Part shown: positions 12,901 through 26,965 of the stretch, in pieces | Layout of the letters: each line of letters starts with the position of its first letter | Position numbering within the stretch: position 1 is the stretch's first letter | Notes under the pieces: model-generated | What the model was told of the DNA's origin: nothing | Databases searched by the model: none | Seen by the model: the letters and a program-made list of their open reading frames with translations, nothing else | Program-made: the position numbers and the translations under genes | NCBI GenBank assembly: GCA_043228905.1 | Contig: JBHGNT010000003.1 | Location: 25,172,001 to 25,236,000 of the forward strand | Length of the DNA: 64,000 bases | Source: Azolla caroliniana | Taxonomy: Eukaryota; Plantae; Polypodiophyta | Direction of reading: 5' to 3'

Positions 12901-15650
12901 AAGTATCTGAGTACGAATGTGTTTGAAAGTAGTGTTAGGTTGACCAACCTTTTAGAACCCTGTCCACTAAAAATGTTAGTGATGGACGTTCAACTCTAAT
13001 GTCATCACATATACATCATACACATTAACAATATCCTCCTAAAAAGCCGAATTTGCAAGAATACCCTGGTCATTATCACAAAGATTAGAACATATGTGTA
13101 CAAGGAAAAGGAATTGGTAGTAAATGATGACGACTTGAAATAATATGATATGAGATGCATCCTTTCATATGTTAGTAGGCTTGATATCAATTGACCATCT
13201 CATTGGATATTGAAACAACCATGTGACACATCACCCAACTAAGTGTGCATGTTACTATTGCATGCAAGGTCATATGTGTGGTACATGCATAACCGCATAT
13301 AGTTCTTCGTGTTTTTGGTGTTACGTGTACAATGATATTCAAGAGAGGACACTAAACTATGGCCATTTGTATCTGTAATGATGAGAGTGTAAGCGGCTTG
13401 TACATAGCTCGTAAAGACATCATGGAAATATGGTGCATGTACTCTTTTAAGTTCATTCTAGCACAACAATTTGTATAGAAAGTGTATATTTAGTCATGTC
13501 TCCATCTTCCGCATTTTATATCATCCAAGCATTTCATCGAGCTAGAAAAAAATAAAATTGAGCTAAAGAAATTAGTTCACTAGAATATACTTTGTGTCCA
13601 AACATTATTAATGCGTTGACGATGCCTTGCATTAACGTGTATGGCGATGTCTTGCATTATCATTTTCAGCTTAAATGATCTCACTTTTAGAGAAGTTGGT
13701 GCCGTAAATTTCTAGAATAAACTTTGGTTGGATTACTATACTCTAGATCAACAATTGTGAGCATGTCTCGTTGCTAATGGGAATAATCAAAGACAACCAA
13801 ATTTCGCATTATAGTAAAATCAATCTCTACACTCTTAATGATCAGTGTGCACAATTATGTTTTTCAATAAAAATAAAAGAATGTGATTGTGGGTGTGCAA
13901 TCTAAAGCTTTTGTATTGATCTTTGCAATTTTAATGTATAAGCCTTTTATGCAGCATTGATTTCATAATTTGTCCCATGTGCTACTACATCTCAAGTACG
14001 ACATTAGAAGTTAAGAATGTATATCTACAATGAGTTTCATTAATGTATTGAAGCTGGTTTAACATAGAGAAAGAGAGAGAGCTTTGTTAGTCTATTTGTA
14101 TTCTAAGCATAAATCTGGTTACATCTAATAAAGATCCTCCTTAAAATATAGCCATAACCATATGTACTTATATTTAGATTAGAGATAATGTTATAGGTAT
14201 CTCATTCACAATGTAATGTATTAGAGACATGCAATCAATCGTGTCTTTCACCCTTGCTCAAATATACGAATTGAGTGCCGACTTCATGTCCCAATTAAAA
14301 ACCCATTGTGTGGGGAGTGCATCTTATTGTGTTTTAAACATGACGCCTTCAATAAAGTTAATAAATAATCTTCTACGTGCATAACAAATAAGCATAAAAT
14401 CAAGGGAAACCATGACCAAGGGCAATATAAGTATGAGGGCTACTTCTTTGGTGTTTTCCCATAGAGTAAGTTTAAACAAATGACTCCCGTAGCTCTAGAA
14501 GAGAGCATAATTTAAACTCCACATATTTAGCCACAACAAAAAACACACTGAACCTCGGCTTAATAGGACAACAAATTGCTTCGTTAGGGGTGATTCAAAC
14601 AATCAATATAGGCACAAAGTCGGAAAAGGCTCACATGCGTGACTGGTCAAACCAGCCTTTTAAAGCCATCACATTAGAAGGCAAAGGTCTAAAAATAAAA
14701 GCCACGGTCAAAATAAATGGAGATGGGGGAGTTTTTTTTTTTTCCAAAAAAACACTACTTCGCATTAGTTAGCAAACAAAATTACATCATAGAACACCCA
14801 AAGTTCTTCTCACCAGCCCTCACTCTGGCCTTCCCACCAAAGTGGACATAGTCCCCACCTCATTTTCAACAAACGTATCCAAAGATGGGGGAGTTGTAAG
14901 TGAAGGGGCCAAAATATGTCACAAAAAACACTTGCCATTTTTTCAAAATCTTGAGATACTCTCACAAAGTCATGTTTTATTAGCAGTACATAGTCCATCA
15001 GGGGGTGTACCGAATGGTATGAGTGAGATAAATGCATAGGATGACCTCTAGGATATGATGAGACTCGCACCACGTTCCATCATGCAACTTGTAGACAGGC
15101 TACATTTTACCGTCTTCATCGTCGTCACTTACGGGCACAAACCGCCCTTCACTGTCACCATTTTTGCGTCGTCGTTGTCGTGTGAGTTGTAGCCTTCGGG
15201 CGAGCCAAAGATAAAAAATACTAAAGTAGTATAAACAAATAAGAAAATAAAATAAAATCTTGAGATACTCTCCTCTTCTCTCTTTACGCGACATTTTTTC
15301 AAAATCTTGAGACACTCTGCTCATCTCTCTTTACGGATTGTGTGTGTGTGTCTCTCTATCTAGAAATCGTATTCTCTAGAGACACACCTTATTCCTTATA
15401 AAAGACATACGAAAGAGAGAACTTTTGAGTATTTTTTTTTCGTTTGAAGGTCATGCACGATACAACATACATACGTGCAATTTGTCGGGCTTGGGATTCT
15501 TCTGAAAAGAGAAGCAAACATAAGGCGAATCGGACAATGGATTTCATTGTTCGTTCCGAGGCACAAAGGAAGGCATGCAATGCCAATGCCACCCTTACTC
15601 AATCAACTTCACTTCATGATGCAGAAAGCCGAAGCTCGACCGAGCACAAA

Positions 15651-15651
<1 letters not shown>

Positions 15652-15707
<56 letters not shown>

Positions 15708-15795
15708 GATGGCATTCGAGAGGCAGACATTCCGACCGATGGGGGGGCGGTTCGGGAAACATGGAAAGTATCCCACAAACACAAACACACACACA

Positions 15796-15846
<51 letters not shown>

Positions 15847-15984
15847 CAAACTATGAGATGCTAAAAAGAAGGAAAGAAAAACCTCACTACATTTTCAAAC
15901 ACAAACTACTAGTACTCAGAGTACCCCCCCATTCACTCATCAGTGTTTGAATGAAACACACACACACACACACACACACTCTCT

Positions 15985-16015
<31 letters not shown>

Positions 16016-16051
16016 CTCTCTCTCTCTCTCTTATACACACACACACACATA

Positions 16052-16082
<31 letters not shown>

Positions 16083-16452
16083 TCTCTCTCTCTCTCTTAT
16101 ACACACACACACACATACATTCATTCATTGCTCTGTTTCTCTTCTCTCACCACTACTCTGTTTCCATTGAGTGCCTGCCACTCACTCTCTCCTCCCCTGT
16201 TCCTTGCTACTACATACAATACTCTGTTTCTTGCCTCTCTTTTATTGATCACTTGATCTTCTTCTTCTTCTCCTTCTTCTCCTTCTTCTTCCTCTTCTTT
16301 CTTCTGTTTGTTGTAGTAGTAGTAGTAGTAGTAGTAGGAGGAGGAGGAGGAGGAGGAGGAGGAAGAAAACAGGCGAGAGAAAGGGTTGTAATATATACCA
16401 TATACATACATACATACATATACATATACATATACATACATATATATATATT
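15652..16452. repeat. Compound microsatellite block upstream of the NAT gene: (CA)n, (GA)n, (CT)n, (CTT)n, (GTA)n, (GGA)n, (TA/TACA)n
   Basis: Directly visible simple repeats. 15955-16115 is a higher-order repeat of (CA)n(CT)nTTA units. Confidence 0.95.
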
Positions 16453-19400
16453 ATGGCACCCAAAGCAGAGGATATATCACATCCACCTTCAGATCAGCTC
16501 GTGGGTCTTGACTACTGCATCGACTCTAATCCTCCTTGGGGTAAAAGAAACTCCCCCTCCTCCCCAGAAAACACTAATTTAAAAGTCTAGAGACACAGGG
16601 AGAGAGAGACAGAGACAGAGACAATGTGTGTGTGTGTGGTTGCATAGGGAGGGAGAGAATGTAGGGGGCTGTGATTCTTCTTCTTTTCCTCTATTTCTAC
16701 TTCTTAAAACCATTTTTGGGGTTTTAAATGGGGTTTTAGGGAGATATCCATGATTTTCCTTTTAATTGCCAAAAATCTCCTCCACTTCGAGGTGAGAAAG
16801 AGCTTATGGTTCCATTTACCCCTCAAATGTTTCTGTTGTTTTTCTGTTTCACTTCGTGTTTTTATGCTTTTCTTTTGTATACATATGTACGATTTTGGAA
16901 GACAAAATCGTGAAAGTTTATTGCTAGTGTTTATTGTTTTTTGTCGTTAATCCATTGAAGTGCAGCTGCCTTTTTCTGTTTTGTCATTTACTTCGCAAAT
17001 CTCCTTTTTTGGTGTTCACTCATAGAGAGAAACGATTTCCTTTCTTCTTTTTTATTTTCACCTTTCAAAATCCTTTTGTTCAAAAGTTTTTATGTTTGCT
17101 TCTTCTTCTGCTGAATCAATTGAACATCAGATTGGTTTGTCTGATTGTTTCCCTTACCTCTTCAAAATGTGATTGTTTTTACGTCAATCCATTTAAAAAG
17201 TGGGTAAACTATTCAAGTGAAACCCCATCTTTGTTTAAAAATCAAGTAAGAGACAACAAGTTCTCATGGCTGTCATCGCATTACACATAGCTATGGAGTC
17301 TGCTTTTTATAATTGTAATGACTCTTTAACGTTATCGTATTTCTGTTGGATTTCCTCCTAAAGTCCTACAAACGTCACCATGAGGATGAATATAAATCCT
17401 TTTACTTTTTACTTTAGAAAACGTTTTTGATCTTTTTTGTGTTCTCTGTTGCCAAGCGTTTGCTCCTTTAATCTTCAAATATATTATATGTCTGAACGCA
17501 TGTCCGTATTATGTGTGGTTTAAAACACACGTATGTTTGTGTACTGCAATACGTATGTATAATTGTATGTATGTATGTCTACAAAATAATTGTATTTATG
17601 TATGTCTACAAAATAATTGTATGTATGTATGTCTACAAAATAATTGTATGTATGTATGTCTACAAAATAATTGTATGTACGTATATAAGTAAATAAAAAA
17701 TCTGAATTTGTATAATGGGATGATCCCATCAACAATCTTTTTTGTTTTCTTTTTCTTTCAGGTGAAGCAATCCTTTTAGGGTTTCAGCATTATATACTGA
17801 TGCTAGGAACTGCTGTCATGATCCCCACTTTATTGGTTCCACGAATGGGTGGTGATGATGTGAGTACATATCCAACTTACCTTGTGTGTAATGAATCTTT
17901 CCTGGCCATGCGATAAGATCTCTTTACTTTAGTGTATGCTTTTTTTGTACGTGTGTCAAAACTTCCTCTATGGTTTTGGATTGTAAATCTTTAAATGTAT
18001 ACGGAAAAGGATAACCAAATCTGTAAATGTATAGGAAACTGGTCAAGGAATGCAGTAACAACTTTTTTATACGTATCCCCCAAAACGGGTCAAGCATATA
18101 CATAACATAAAGCAATTTATAGATATGTTAATTATTTATTTCTAAACCTGTGATAAATAATGAAATGCATACAAAAGCAAAACTGGAGTATGAGCCTGTA
18201 GTGTTGAAAATTTCCCTGGTCATATGTATGATTATGTCTTTAAAAGAATGTGTTGTGAGCGTTTCATACAAAAGCAAAACTGGAGTATGAGCCTGTAGTG
18301 ATAAAACTTTCCCTGGTCATATGTATGATTATGTCTTTAAAAGAATGTGTCGTGAGTGTTTCATGTAAATTTGAATTTAAGAAATGAATCTCTGATGCTA
18401 TGTTTTCAATCCATCATGATTCAATTACGAACACGGGATGAAATATATGTTTTTTTCATATTTTTATCGCAGAATGACAAGGTCAGGGTTGTCCAAACCC
18501 TGATTTTTGTAACAGGACTTAGTACTTTATTGCAAACTCTCTTTGGCACACGCTTGCCTGCAGTCATGGGTGGTTCCTATGCATTCCTTATTCCAGCTTT
18601 TACAATCATTAACTCATCATCCTTACAAAGTATCCAGGATGATAGGGAGGTAAATATCCCCTACCCCAAAGAACAAATAAATGTCATACATTCCAAAATT
18701 ACGCTTGATTTTGGGAAATTTCCAAAACTATCCTTCATATGAGACTGTCATTATTAAACTATATACCCATGGGCTATGCTTTTGCACAACAAATAGAGCC
18801 CATGGCCACAGGATTTGATAATTATACACTATACATATCATATGTGATCCCGTTTTTGTTTTTTCTATGGCTTTATGTGATGTGTGTGGGTCTCATGTAT
18901 GCTTCTCAGAGGTTTCTTCATACCATGCGTGCAATACAAGGTGCAGTGATAGCATCTTCAAGTTTGCAAATAATCCTTGGTTTTAGTGGACTTTGGGGGA
19001 TACTCTCCAGGTTAGCGAAACTTTGTTTATCTTTTATACATTTTTCAATATACATATTGTATATATGTATATATTTTTTAGGTTTCCTTTTCCATTCAAA
19101 ACTGAACTCAAAAGGAGGTAATAACAACAGGTTTCTGAGTCCATTGGGGGCTGCCCCGTCAATTGCATTAGTTGGCCTGGGGTTATTTGAGCTCGGTTTT
19201 CCTGGGGTAATTTGTTTCAGATTTGATAAAAATCTCTTTAGAAATTGAAAATGTGTGTTTTCACGCATTCACCATCTCATATGCATATGTATAAAGCTTC
19301 ATCATCATGCATATAGCATTGATCACTTACTTTTAATCTTTCTTGTTAACTCAGGTAGCAAAGTGTATCGAAATTGGTATATTGGAATTAATAGCACTTG

Positions 19401-22400
19401 TCATCATTTGTTTGGTATGGGTTCGTTTGTCTTTAAATTGGGTTTCTCAATTTGGTTATACTTATTCTTAGTTTCTATAAGCCATGTCTTAAAAAACATA
19501 AGAAGTTACTTTTTGTGTATCAGTATTTACGCCATTTGAAGCTGCTGAAGCTTCCTCTGTTTGAGCGTTATCCAATCATACTTTCGATTGTTGTCATCTG
19601 GCCGTTTGCTTACCTTTTAACTGTGGGTGGGGCTTACAGCCATGTCTCTGTGAAAACACAAATACATTGTCGAGTAGACAAAGCAGGCCTCATACACGCT
19701 GCTCCATGGTAACTTATAACTCTCTCTCTCTCTCTCTCTCAATCAGATCTATCACACATTCATGTATATCTATACTTGTACTTATGTATATGTATATAGT
19801 ATATGTATATGTATATGCATGCATATAGCCATAGAATGAACCATACGTATCATACATGCATTTGCATTCGAGAATGATTAAATCAAACGTGTGGTAAATC
19901 ATCTCAAAGTTGGATTGGATTGACTAGGCTCTATATTATATATTGATTCACTCTCAATCCTAATAAGTGGACTCTAATCCATTGTGAACCACCAACATAA
20001 GTATGGTTGCAATATTTGCATTGTATCACATGCATACTTTTGGGATGCAAATCAAGATATCTCTATCATCCTCACTTTAGAACTTTACAAAAAAATGAGT
20101 ATGAACTATAGAGATTGAATCAAAATATGTCATTATAAATTATAATCAAACGTTCAAAAACTCATAAAACATATATTCGAGAATATGAAGAAAACATGAC
20201 ATAGGCAGTATTAGCATAATAACTTACCACTAGGGTGACTTAATTTCTAATTACAAAGAAAGAAAGAAAGAAAGAAAAAGAAACATGGCACTAACATAAA
20301 CTTTTGCCATGACATAGGCAGTAGTAGCATAACAACTTACCACTCAGGTGAGCTAATTTCTAATAACAAAGAAAGAAAGAAAAAGAAAAAAAAAGGAACA
20401 TGACACTAACATAAAAATTTGCCATGACACTAACAAGAGGATATGCGAAAGTTGGGAATTGAGCCCAAGACACAAGTAATAGTAGCACAACAACTTACCA
20501 CTAGGTTGTGCTTAGTTGTAATAATAAAAAAATAAAAGAAAAAAAGTATTATAACACTAACATAAAATTTTGCTATGACATGGTACTAATGAGCGAGAGA
20601 AAGAGATGAGAAAAATGGGAATTGAACCCAAGACATAGACAACAATAGCATGACTCCTTACCACTAGGGTGAGCTAAATTGTAATGATAATAAATGAAAA
20701 AAAAGAAAAAAGAAAAGGATCATGTATTTTTCCCATTTCAAACGTGTTCGTTTCCAAATGTTTCCAAATGTTGGAATGCTTGCACGAACACGAATATTAC
20801 GTTCTATGCATATAGCAATGGTTCTGGTTATCAGCTTGCTCATCATGCATTCTACACGTACATATCTATATATGTATACACACATACATATCTATATGTG
20901 TATGCACACATGCACATTATATCTTTGATGACTAAGGTAGTCCAAACGTTATACTTTACATTCATATGAAGGTTTTTGTATCAAAATGTAAGCTCTCATA
21001 GAATAGAACAGTTTTTTTATTGGTCACAAGGAAGCCAATTTTGACCTATGAATCCAAATAAACAGATCACCTTGGATATGACTTCTTCATAAGAAGTGAG
21101 GTTACTACTGTGTAAATAAAACTCTCAATGTGTATGGGAGGACAGTCAATCAGGGTCATCTCATTATTTGGTTTAGTATTGCTGAATGATTATGTAGTAT
21201 TTTTATATAGATATGTGAACAGAGATGCACTAGTTTTTTTCAAATCAGAAGATATAAAAAACAAGAACATTCTATTTTATAAGCTTGTGCGTTGAAATCA
21301 CCTAATTTTCAGATCACTGGTTATATTAATTCTGTTGGTTCTTTCTTATTTAGGATCAGAGTTCCTTACCCTCTTGAATGGGGAGCACCATCATTCAACG
21401 CCGGACATGCGTTTGCAATGATGGCCTCAGCCTTTGTTGCCTTGGTGGAGGTAGTTCATATATAAATATGTATTCATCTTCATCAACTACATGCATTTAT
21501 ATCATTACACGGAAAGCAAGAAATAATTGTTGAAAAGTGCACAAGAATTGTCAATTTCTGTTTGACACTGGTTTTGTATTGTAAATGTGATGCTAGTCGA
21601 CTGGGGGATTCATAGCCGTTTCTCGATTGGCAAGTGCTACCCCGCCACCCGCATTTGTATTGAGCCGAGGAGTTGGATGGCAGGTGAAATATTTATGTTT
21701 CAGATTCACCTAGGCAGGCACCTGCGTTCGCATACGCATTCATGGTGCCGGTGCCCATACATGTACACATAGACACATCCCCATCTCATGCACACACATA
21801 CCTACATGCATAGTTATCTGGTGAAAAGCATGCTTCACATCCACAAATATATTCATATCCACTTGCACACACATTACACAGTAATCTTGTAATACGCATG
21901 CTTCACATCCACAAACAAATCCAGCTCCACTTGCACACATACATTCAAATCTATATCCACTTGCACACATACATACATCCATATCTATATCCACTTGCAC
22001 ACATACATACATCCACATCTATATCCACTTGCACACATACATACGCATCTATATCTACTTGCACACACATATGCAATTATCTTGTGAAATGCATGTCCAA
22101 CATCCACAAACGCAGCCATTTCCACTTGTACCCATGCATCCAAATCTACATCCAATTGAGCCCGCCGTATGCACACACACGAAACATTTCATGCCCACAT
22201 ACATCTCATGAAATGCATGGTTTGGAATCAATAACGTGTTTGCTCCATATATTTACAACCTTATATTTTACTTTTGTCTCAGGGTGTCGGTATCTTATTG
22301 AATGGCATGTTTGGAAGTTTGACTGGGGCAACAGTGTCGATGTAAGCATTTTTTTCAAATGGCAAAATTAAATAATTTCTTTTTGGGAACTCTTGGCACC

Positions 22401-23551
22401 TGATTTTTGTTCTGATTCTATGCCAGAGAAAATGCGGGGCTTCTCGGAATAACTCGTGTAGGGAGTCGGAGAGTGGTTCAGATCTCATCTGGGTTTATGA
22501 TATTTTTCTCCATTCTTGGTTAGTTTCGTAAATCTCTCTACTGCAATGATCCATCCATCCTTTATACATTGTATCTGAGACCTAACTATCACTGAATTAA
22601 ATTTTTATATAGTTATTGCTAAGACCTAAATTAGGCTAGATTAAGATTTGATGTAGTTATTTTTTTGCTCTTGTCAAAATGCCATATTTTTATATGTACA
22701 GGGAAGTTCGGCGCACTTTTTGCTTCCATTCCTTTCCCTATATTCGCCGCAATTTATTGCATTCTATTTGGCATAGTCAGTAAGTCATCAGTTGCATAGA
22801 CATAGTTTTTTTTTGCTATATATATGATACAAATTTACATGTAAATGTAAAACTGATTTTGGCCAAAGAAGTTAAAACTTACGTCAAAATGCAGCTGCAA
22901 CCGGAGTATCTTTCCTTCAGTTCACAAATATGAATTCATTACGAACGATGTTTATAGCTGGGCTTTCGTTGTTTTTGGGCCTATCAATACCTCAATACTT
23001 TGATGAATATACTGCCACTGCTGGATACGGCCCTGTTCGTACCAATGCTAGATGGGTAAGGGTTTTGCTCATATGCAAACAAACAATAATTTGATGCATA
23101 ATTGATAAAATCATAATACAATGCAAACATTGTGCTTGATGCATATGATAATAAAACAATGCTAGATGGGTAAGGGTTTTGCTCATATGCAAACAAACAA
23201 TAATTTGATGCATAATTGATCAAATCATAATACAATGCAAACATTGTGCATGATGCATATGATAATAAAACAATGTGGTTCATTTTTATACACATGCTGT
23301 CGAAAGAATCAACCTGATGTTCATTATGTTTTGTTTAGTTCAATGACATTCTCGACACACTTTTCTCTTCACCAGCAACTGTGGCTCTCATTGTTGGTGT
23401 CTTTCTCGACAACACGTATGATGTGAAGGACTCTAAGAAAGATAGGGGCATGCCGTGGTGGTCCAACTTTCGTACATTCAAGGGTGATAGTCGCAACGAA
23501 GAGTTTTATTCACTACCATTCAACCTCCACAAGTTTTTCCCACCCACCTAA
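16453..23551 (+). CDS. Nucleobase-ascorbate transporter (NAT/NCS2 family, NAT1/NAT2-like), 14 exons, 523 aa
   Basis: Exons 16453-16540, 17762-17859, 18473-18649, 18910-19010, 19131-19206, 19355-19414, 19524-19708, 21354-21450, 21597-21683, 22283-22341, 22427-22518, 22702-22779, 22895-23055, 23339-23551. All introns are GT-AG; total 1572 nt, open frame. Starts MAPKAEDISHPPSDQLVGLDYCIDSNPPW, contains GFQHY, NAT signature ENAGLLGITRVGSRRVVQIS, ends DRGMPWW...RNEEFYSLPFNLHKFFPPT*. Confidence 0.96.
17560..17679. repeat. 27-bp minisatellite (~4.4 copies) in NAT intron 1
   Basis: Unit TAATTGTATGTATGTATGTCTACAAAA starts at 17560, 17587, 17614, 17641 and partially at 17668. Confidence 0.9.
18168..18364. 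repeat. 97-bp tandem duplication in NAT intron 2
   Basis: CATACAAAAGCAAAACTGGAGTATGAGCC... starts at 18168 and 18265, nearly identical. Confidence 0.9.
19830..20808. mobile_element. Non-autonomous hAT-like DNA transposon, copy 1, in NAT intron 7
   Basis: Termini CATAGAA...TTCTATG (short TIR). Perfect 8-bp TSD CATATAGC at 19822-19829 and 20809-20816. Near-identical inverted copy at 41507-42584. No transposase ORF. Confidence 0.88.
21760..22150. repeat. Degenerate tandem repeat (ATCCACTTGCACACATACATAC-like) in NAT intron 9
   Basis: The motif (T/A)CCACTTGCACAC recurs at least five times at irregular spacing. Confidence 0.7.
23043..23275. repeat. 114-bp tandem duplication spanning the NAT exon 13 splice donor
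   Basis: CAATGCTAGATGGGTAAGGG... at 23043 and 23157, with a third CAATG at 23271 (period 114). Confidence 0.92.
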
Positions 23552-26419
23552 AAACAAAAAACACCAATACACATCCACATACATACATAATACACATACA
23601 TATACATTATTTGATTTTTATTCCTAGTATATAAATTATGCAAGAGAAATCCCTCTAAATCGCCATCATTGTCACTCTTTTGATAAATGAGAGAATATTT
23701 TGTGATCCTCCAACAGAAATTGACCAATTTATATATACAAAGTTATTAATTTTTTGAGATCTAGAAGATGTTAATAGACCTACAAAAAGCCATTATAGAG
23801 CTCTTTCTCTTTGTTATGCGAAAGGTGGCTACAAGAACATTGATGCATATACATTTTGACACCCTTTGCTTCTAATCAATTGTTCTAAATTTGAGGAAGA
23901 AAATTTTCCATTAAAGACTATGGAAACTGATATGGCTAGTACAATTTGGATTGTTCTTGGTGTTCCAATACTTGTTTTGTGGTATTTGTTTGGCTTAAGG
24001 CATTTCAATCGTGATATATCTTATAGTAAAGGCTTTTTTTGTAGCCAGTTTGTAATTACTTATATTGAATATCCTGATTGATTATAGAGCAATTTCCTAA
24101 AAATTTGTTCATGTTTGTTACTTGTTAACTCATTATCTCACATTTCTCCTTTTTCTATTCCCACTCCCTCTATGAGCCATATATTCAAAAACTATATATG
24201 TACATACACACACACATAGAGAGAGGAATGAATGCTTTGACTATTTCCAGAAATGTGGGGTGTAATGGAAATTTTGGAAAGTAAGAGTTGTCAGTTGGGA
24301 ATGTCATGAAGATTTAGGTATATTTAGTTATGAGTGATGTTCTTAATTGCATGAAGGTAGAAAATGATAACAATTGATTTGCCAAGAAGAGTGGCGCTTT
24401 GTTTGTCTATTTGTGAAGAGGGATGTGCCATAAAGGATTAGCTTACTTGGCATTCATCAAATGTTAACAAGGCTTGGGTATTATGATATATACTTGTGGA
24501 GATGAAACAATATTATATACTATTTGTATACTACCTCTGGCCTTTTATTAATACCAATGGAGCATATGTTTTATGGAAAAAAAGAGAGGCTTGGGTATTA
24601 TGAGCTCTAGTGCATCATATGGATTACACATGGTCTCCGAATTTTGGCTTCATAATTTGCATATCTCAACACTTAATGTGCTTTGTAAACCAGAACCCAA
24701 CGGCCGAAATATGAGGTTCTCCAAATTTTGAAACACCATTTTGTGTCATTGGGATCCATCCTCCAAATCACCTTAAAATGTTTATGACAACCGTATATGA
24801 ACATTTTAAGTGACGCCATTCCAAAAACAAGTGCGTGCATGCACATAAAGAGAACTTGGCCTTTATAAAATATCATATGTGGTAGGATGTTTTGTGATAA
24901 TATATGTATATCTATCAAAGATGTGTCGTCTTTGAGATACATTTGAAACTAAGATGTGGACGGTGACAAGTGCGTGTCTAAAACATAGAATTATATAATG
25001 AGTCAAAAGGTTAGTGAGGCACGACTTTTAGGATTCATTCATAACCAATGTTGAAGGATTCACATGCCTCTTAGATTAATTCATGGCCAATCATTATGGA
25101 TTGACATTCATGGATCAAAAAGAGAGAGAAGAGAGTTTAATGGATTAGAAAGATTGTTGGACGAAAAGGGAGAATGAAATCTACATTTAATTACTGAATA
25201 AGAATAATTATATTATTTTCCATGAATGAATACCCTAGAATGCTCCTGATTTTAGAGAGAAACACAAGTGTCTTGTGACTTTAGATAGACAAAAACAATT
25301 TAAGAGTTGTGACAACGAAACATATGAGTTGTGGGTGAAGTAGAAAGAGAATTTGATCGATTGAATACATTAACTCTTTTTTAGGAAGGATGAGGTCGAT
25401 CTTTTCAATATTTTATTGTTGAGAGAATTGAGATTAGCATTATGAAGCAATTGAGATAGTTTTTTTTAAATGATCCTTCTGATTTTTTGCATAAAAACAC
25501 TACATGGTCTAATGGCACGAACTTTGGACACAAAGAATAAGCGGCCGAAGCCATGAAAGAGAAAAGGTTACAAATAATAGAAAGAGGAAAGGCTAGGAAT
25601 GCTATGAGAGAACAGAGAAAGGATATGTTTGTTCTCCTATCTAGCATGAAACCCTTTTCACCTCAACATTGGTTCTCTATATATTTCTAAAGTTGCTTTC
25701 ACTACTCAATGTAGGAGCTCGGAGCATAAAAAACATTGCAATTGTCTTCATCGATTCCTTATAAGAAACTGGTTGTGACCTATATTGATTTGCATTAGGT
25801 GACAAAAAAAGGAACCAAGAGTCGGATGGACTAGAATAAGAAGAATGATCTCCCTCCCATATTCAACATTCAAGAAGTTGTATAAGGATCAATGCATGAA
25901 CTTATGCTGTTAGAAAAATGATTCCCGAACTTTGGAAATGGGTCCTTGGGGATTGTAGGAAAATCACTACAAATCCATCTTGACCATTTTCTCGCTAAGC
26001 CGGCTTCCTTGTGCCAACAATCCTAAGGCCACTTAACTATGTGCAAAGTGTGGCCATGTAGTCAAACAAGGAATACTTGTGCGCTTCCAAAATGCGTCAT
26101 GGGATTGATTGAGGCTCCACGAAAATACACTAAAGACACTATTTCCTCAAGTGGGATAGCTTTTATGCCTACATGTCAATGCACTAGGAGTTTGACAAAG
26201 AAAAGAGTGGTTGGCAAGCACTGTCACTAAACGAATATATGAAGCTTTTGAAAATGGGCCACTGACCGATTGGGGGTTGATCCTAGGCTCATCCCTCTTC
26301 GTGGGTTGGTGGGTATATATATGGGCGGGCGGGCAGTTGGGCCACGATGTCTCGAGGGACACATTGGCATATGCACATGGCATCAACATGGACATTCACA
26401 TGGCCACAAAAACACAAGC

Positions 26420-26481
26420 ACGAGCATGAGCACAAGCATGAGCACGAGCACGAGCACGAGCACGATCACGAGCCCACACAT

Positions 26482-26524
<43 letters not shown>

Positions 26525-26550
26525 ACACCCACAATCTTCACTAAGCCAGC

Positions 26551-26586
<36 letters not shown>

Positions 26587-26720
26587 TACTGGTGGAGCCA
26601 AAATGCGTTTAGACCACATCTTCTTCTTCACGAAACATAACATACATACATACATACATAAAGAAAGAAAGAAAGAAATACATAAATACATACATAAATA
26701 AATAAATAAATAAATAAATA
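26420..26720. repeat. Compound microsatellite block: (GAGCAC)n, (CA)n, (GA)n, (CATA)n, (AAAG)n, (AAAT)n
   Basis: Directly visible simple repeats upstream of the mitochondrial-carrier gene. Confidence 0.93.
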
Positions 26721-26881
26721 TTATGTACATACATATATGTATTTGTACCATTTATTAATAATTTATAGTATATACCATTTATATACAACTCATACATTAC
26801 AATATGTACATACATTCATACCCTAACAAATTCTGGTTTTTGAATTAATTGTGGGGAATATTCTCTCCCTCTCGCTTCCCA

Positions 26882-26923
26882 AGCTTCCATGGCGAAACCC
26901 TAATTTCTCTACTCCTCCTCTGC

Positions 26924-26965
<42 letters not shown>

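Noticed and set aside
15097-15195. Small MITE with AGGCTACA/TGTAGCCT inverted ends
   Set aside because: Only an 8-bp perfect inverted repeat, no TSD, and no second copy in the window.
15389-16582. Many overlapping ORFs ([12 protein letters not shown], poly-L/P/G)
   Set aside because: They are translations of microsatellites in all frames; the real CDS starts at 16453.
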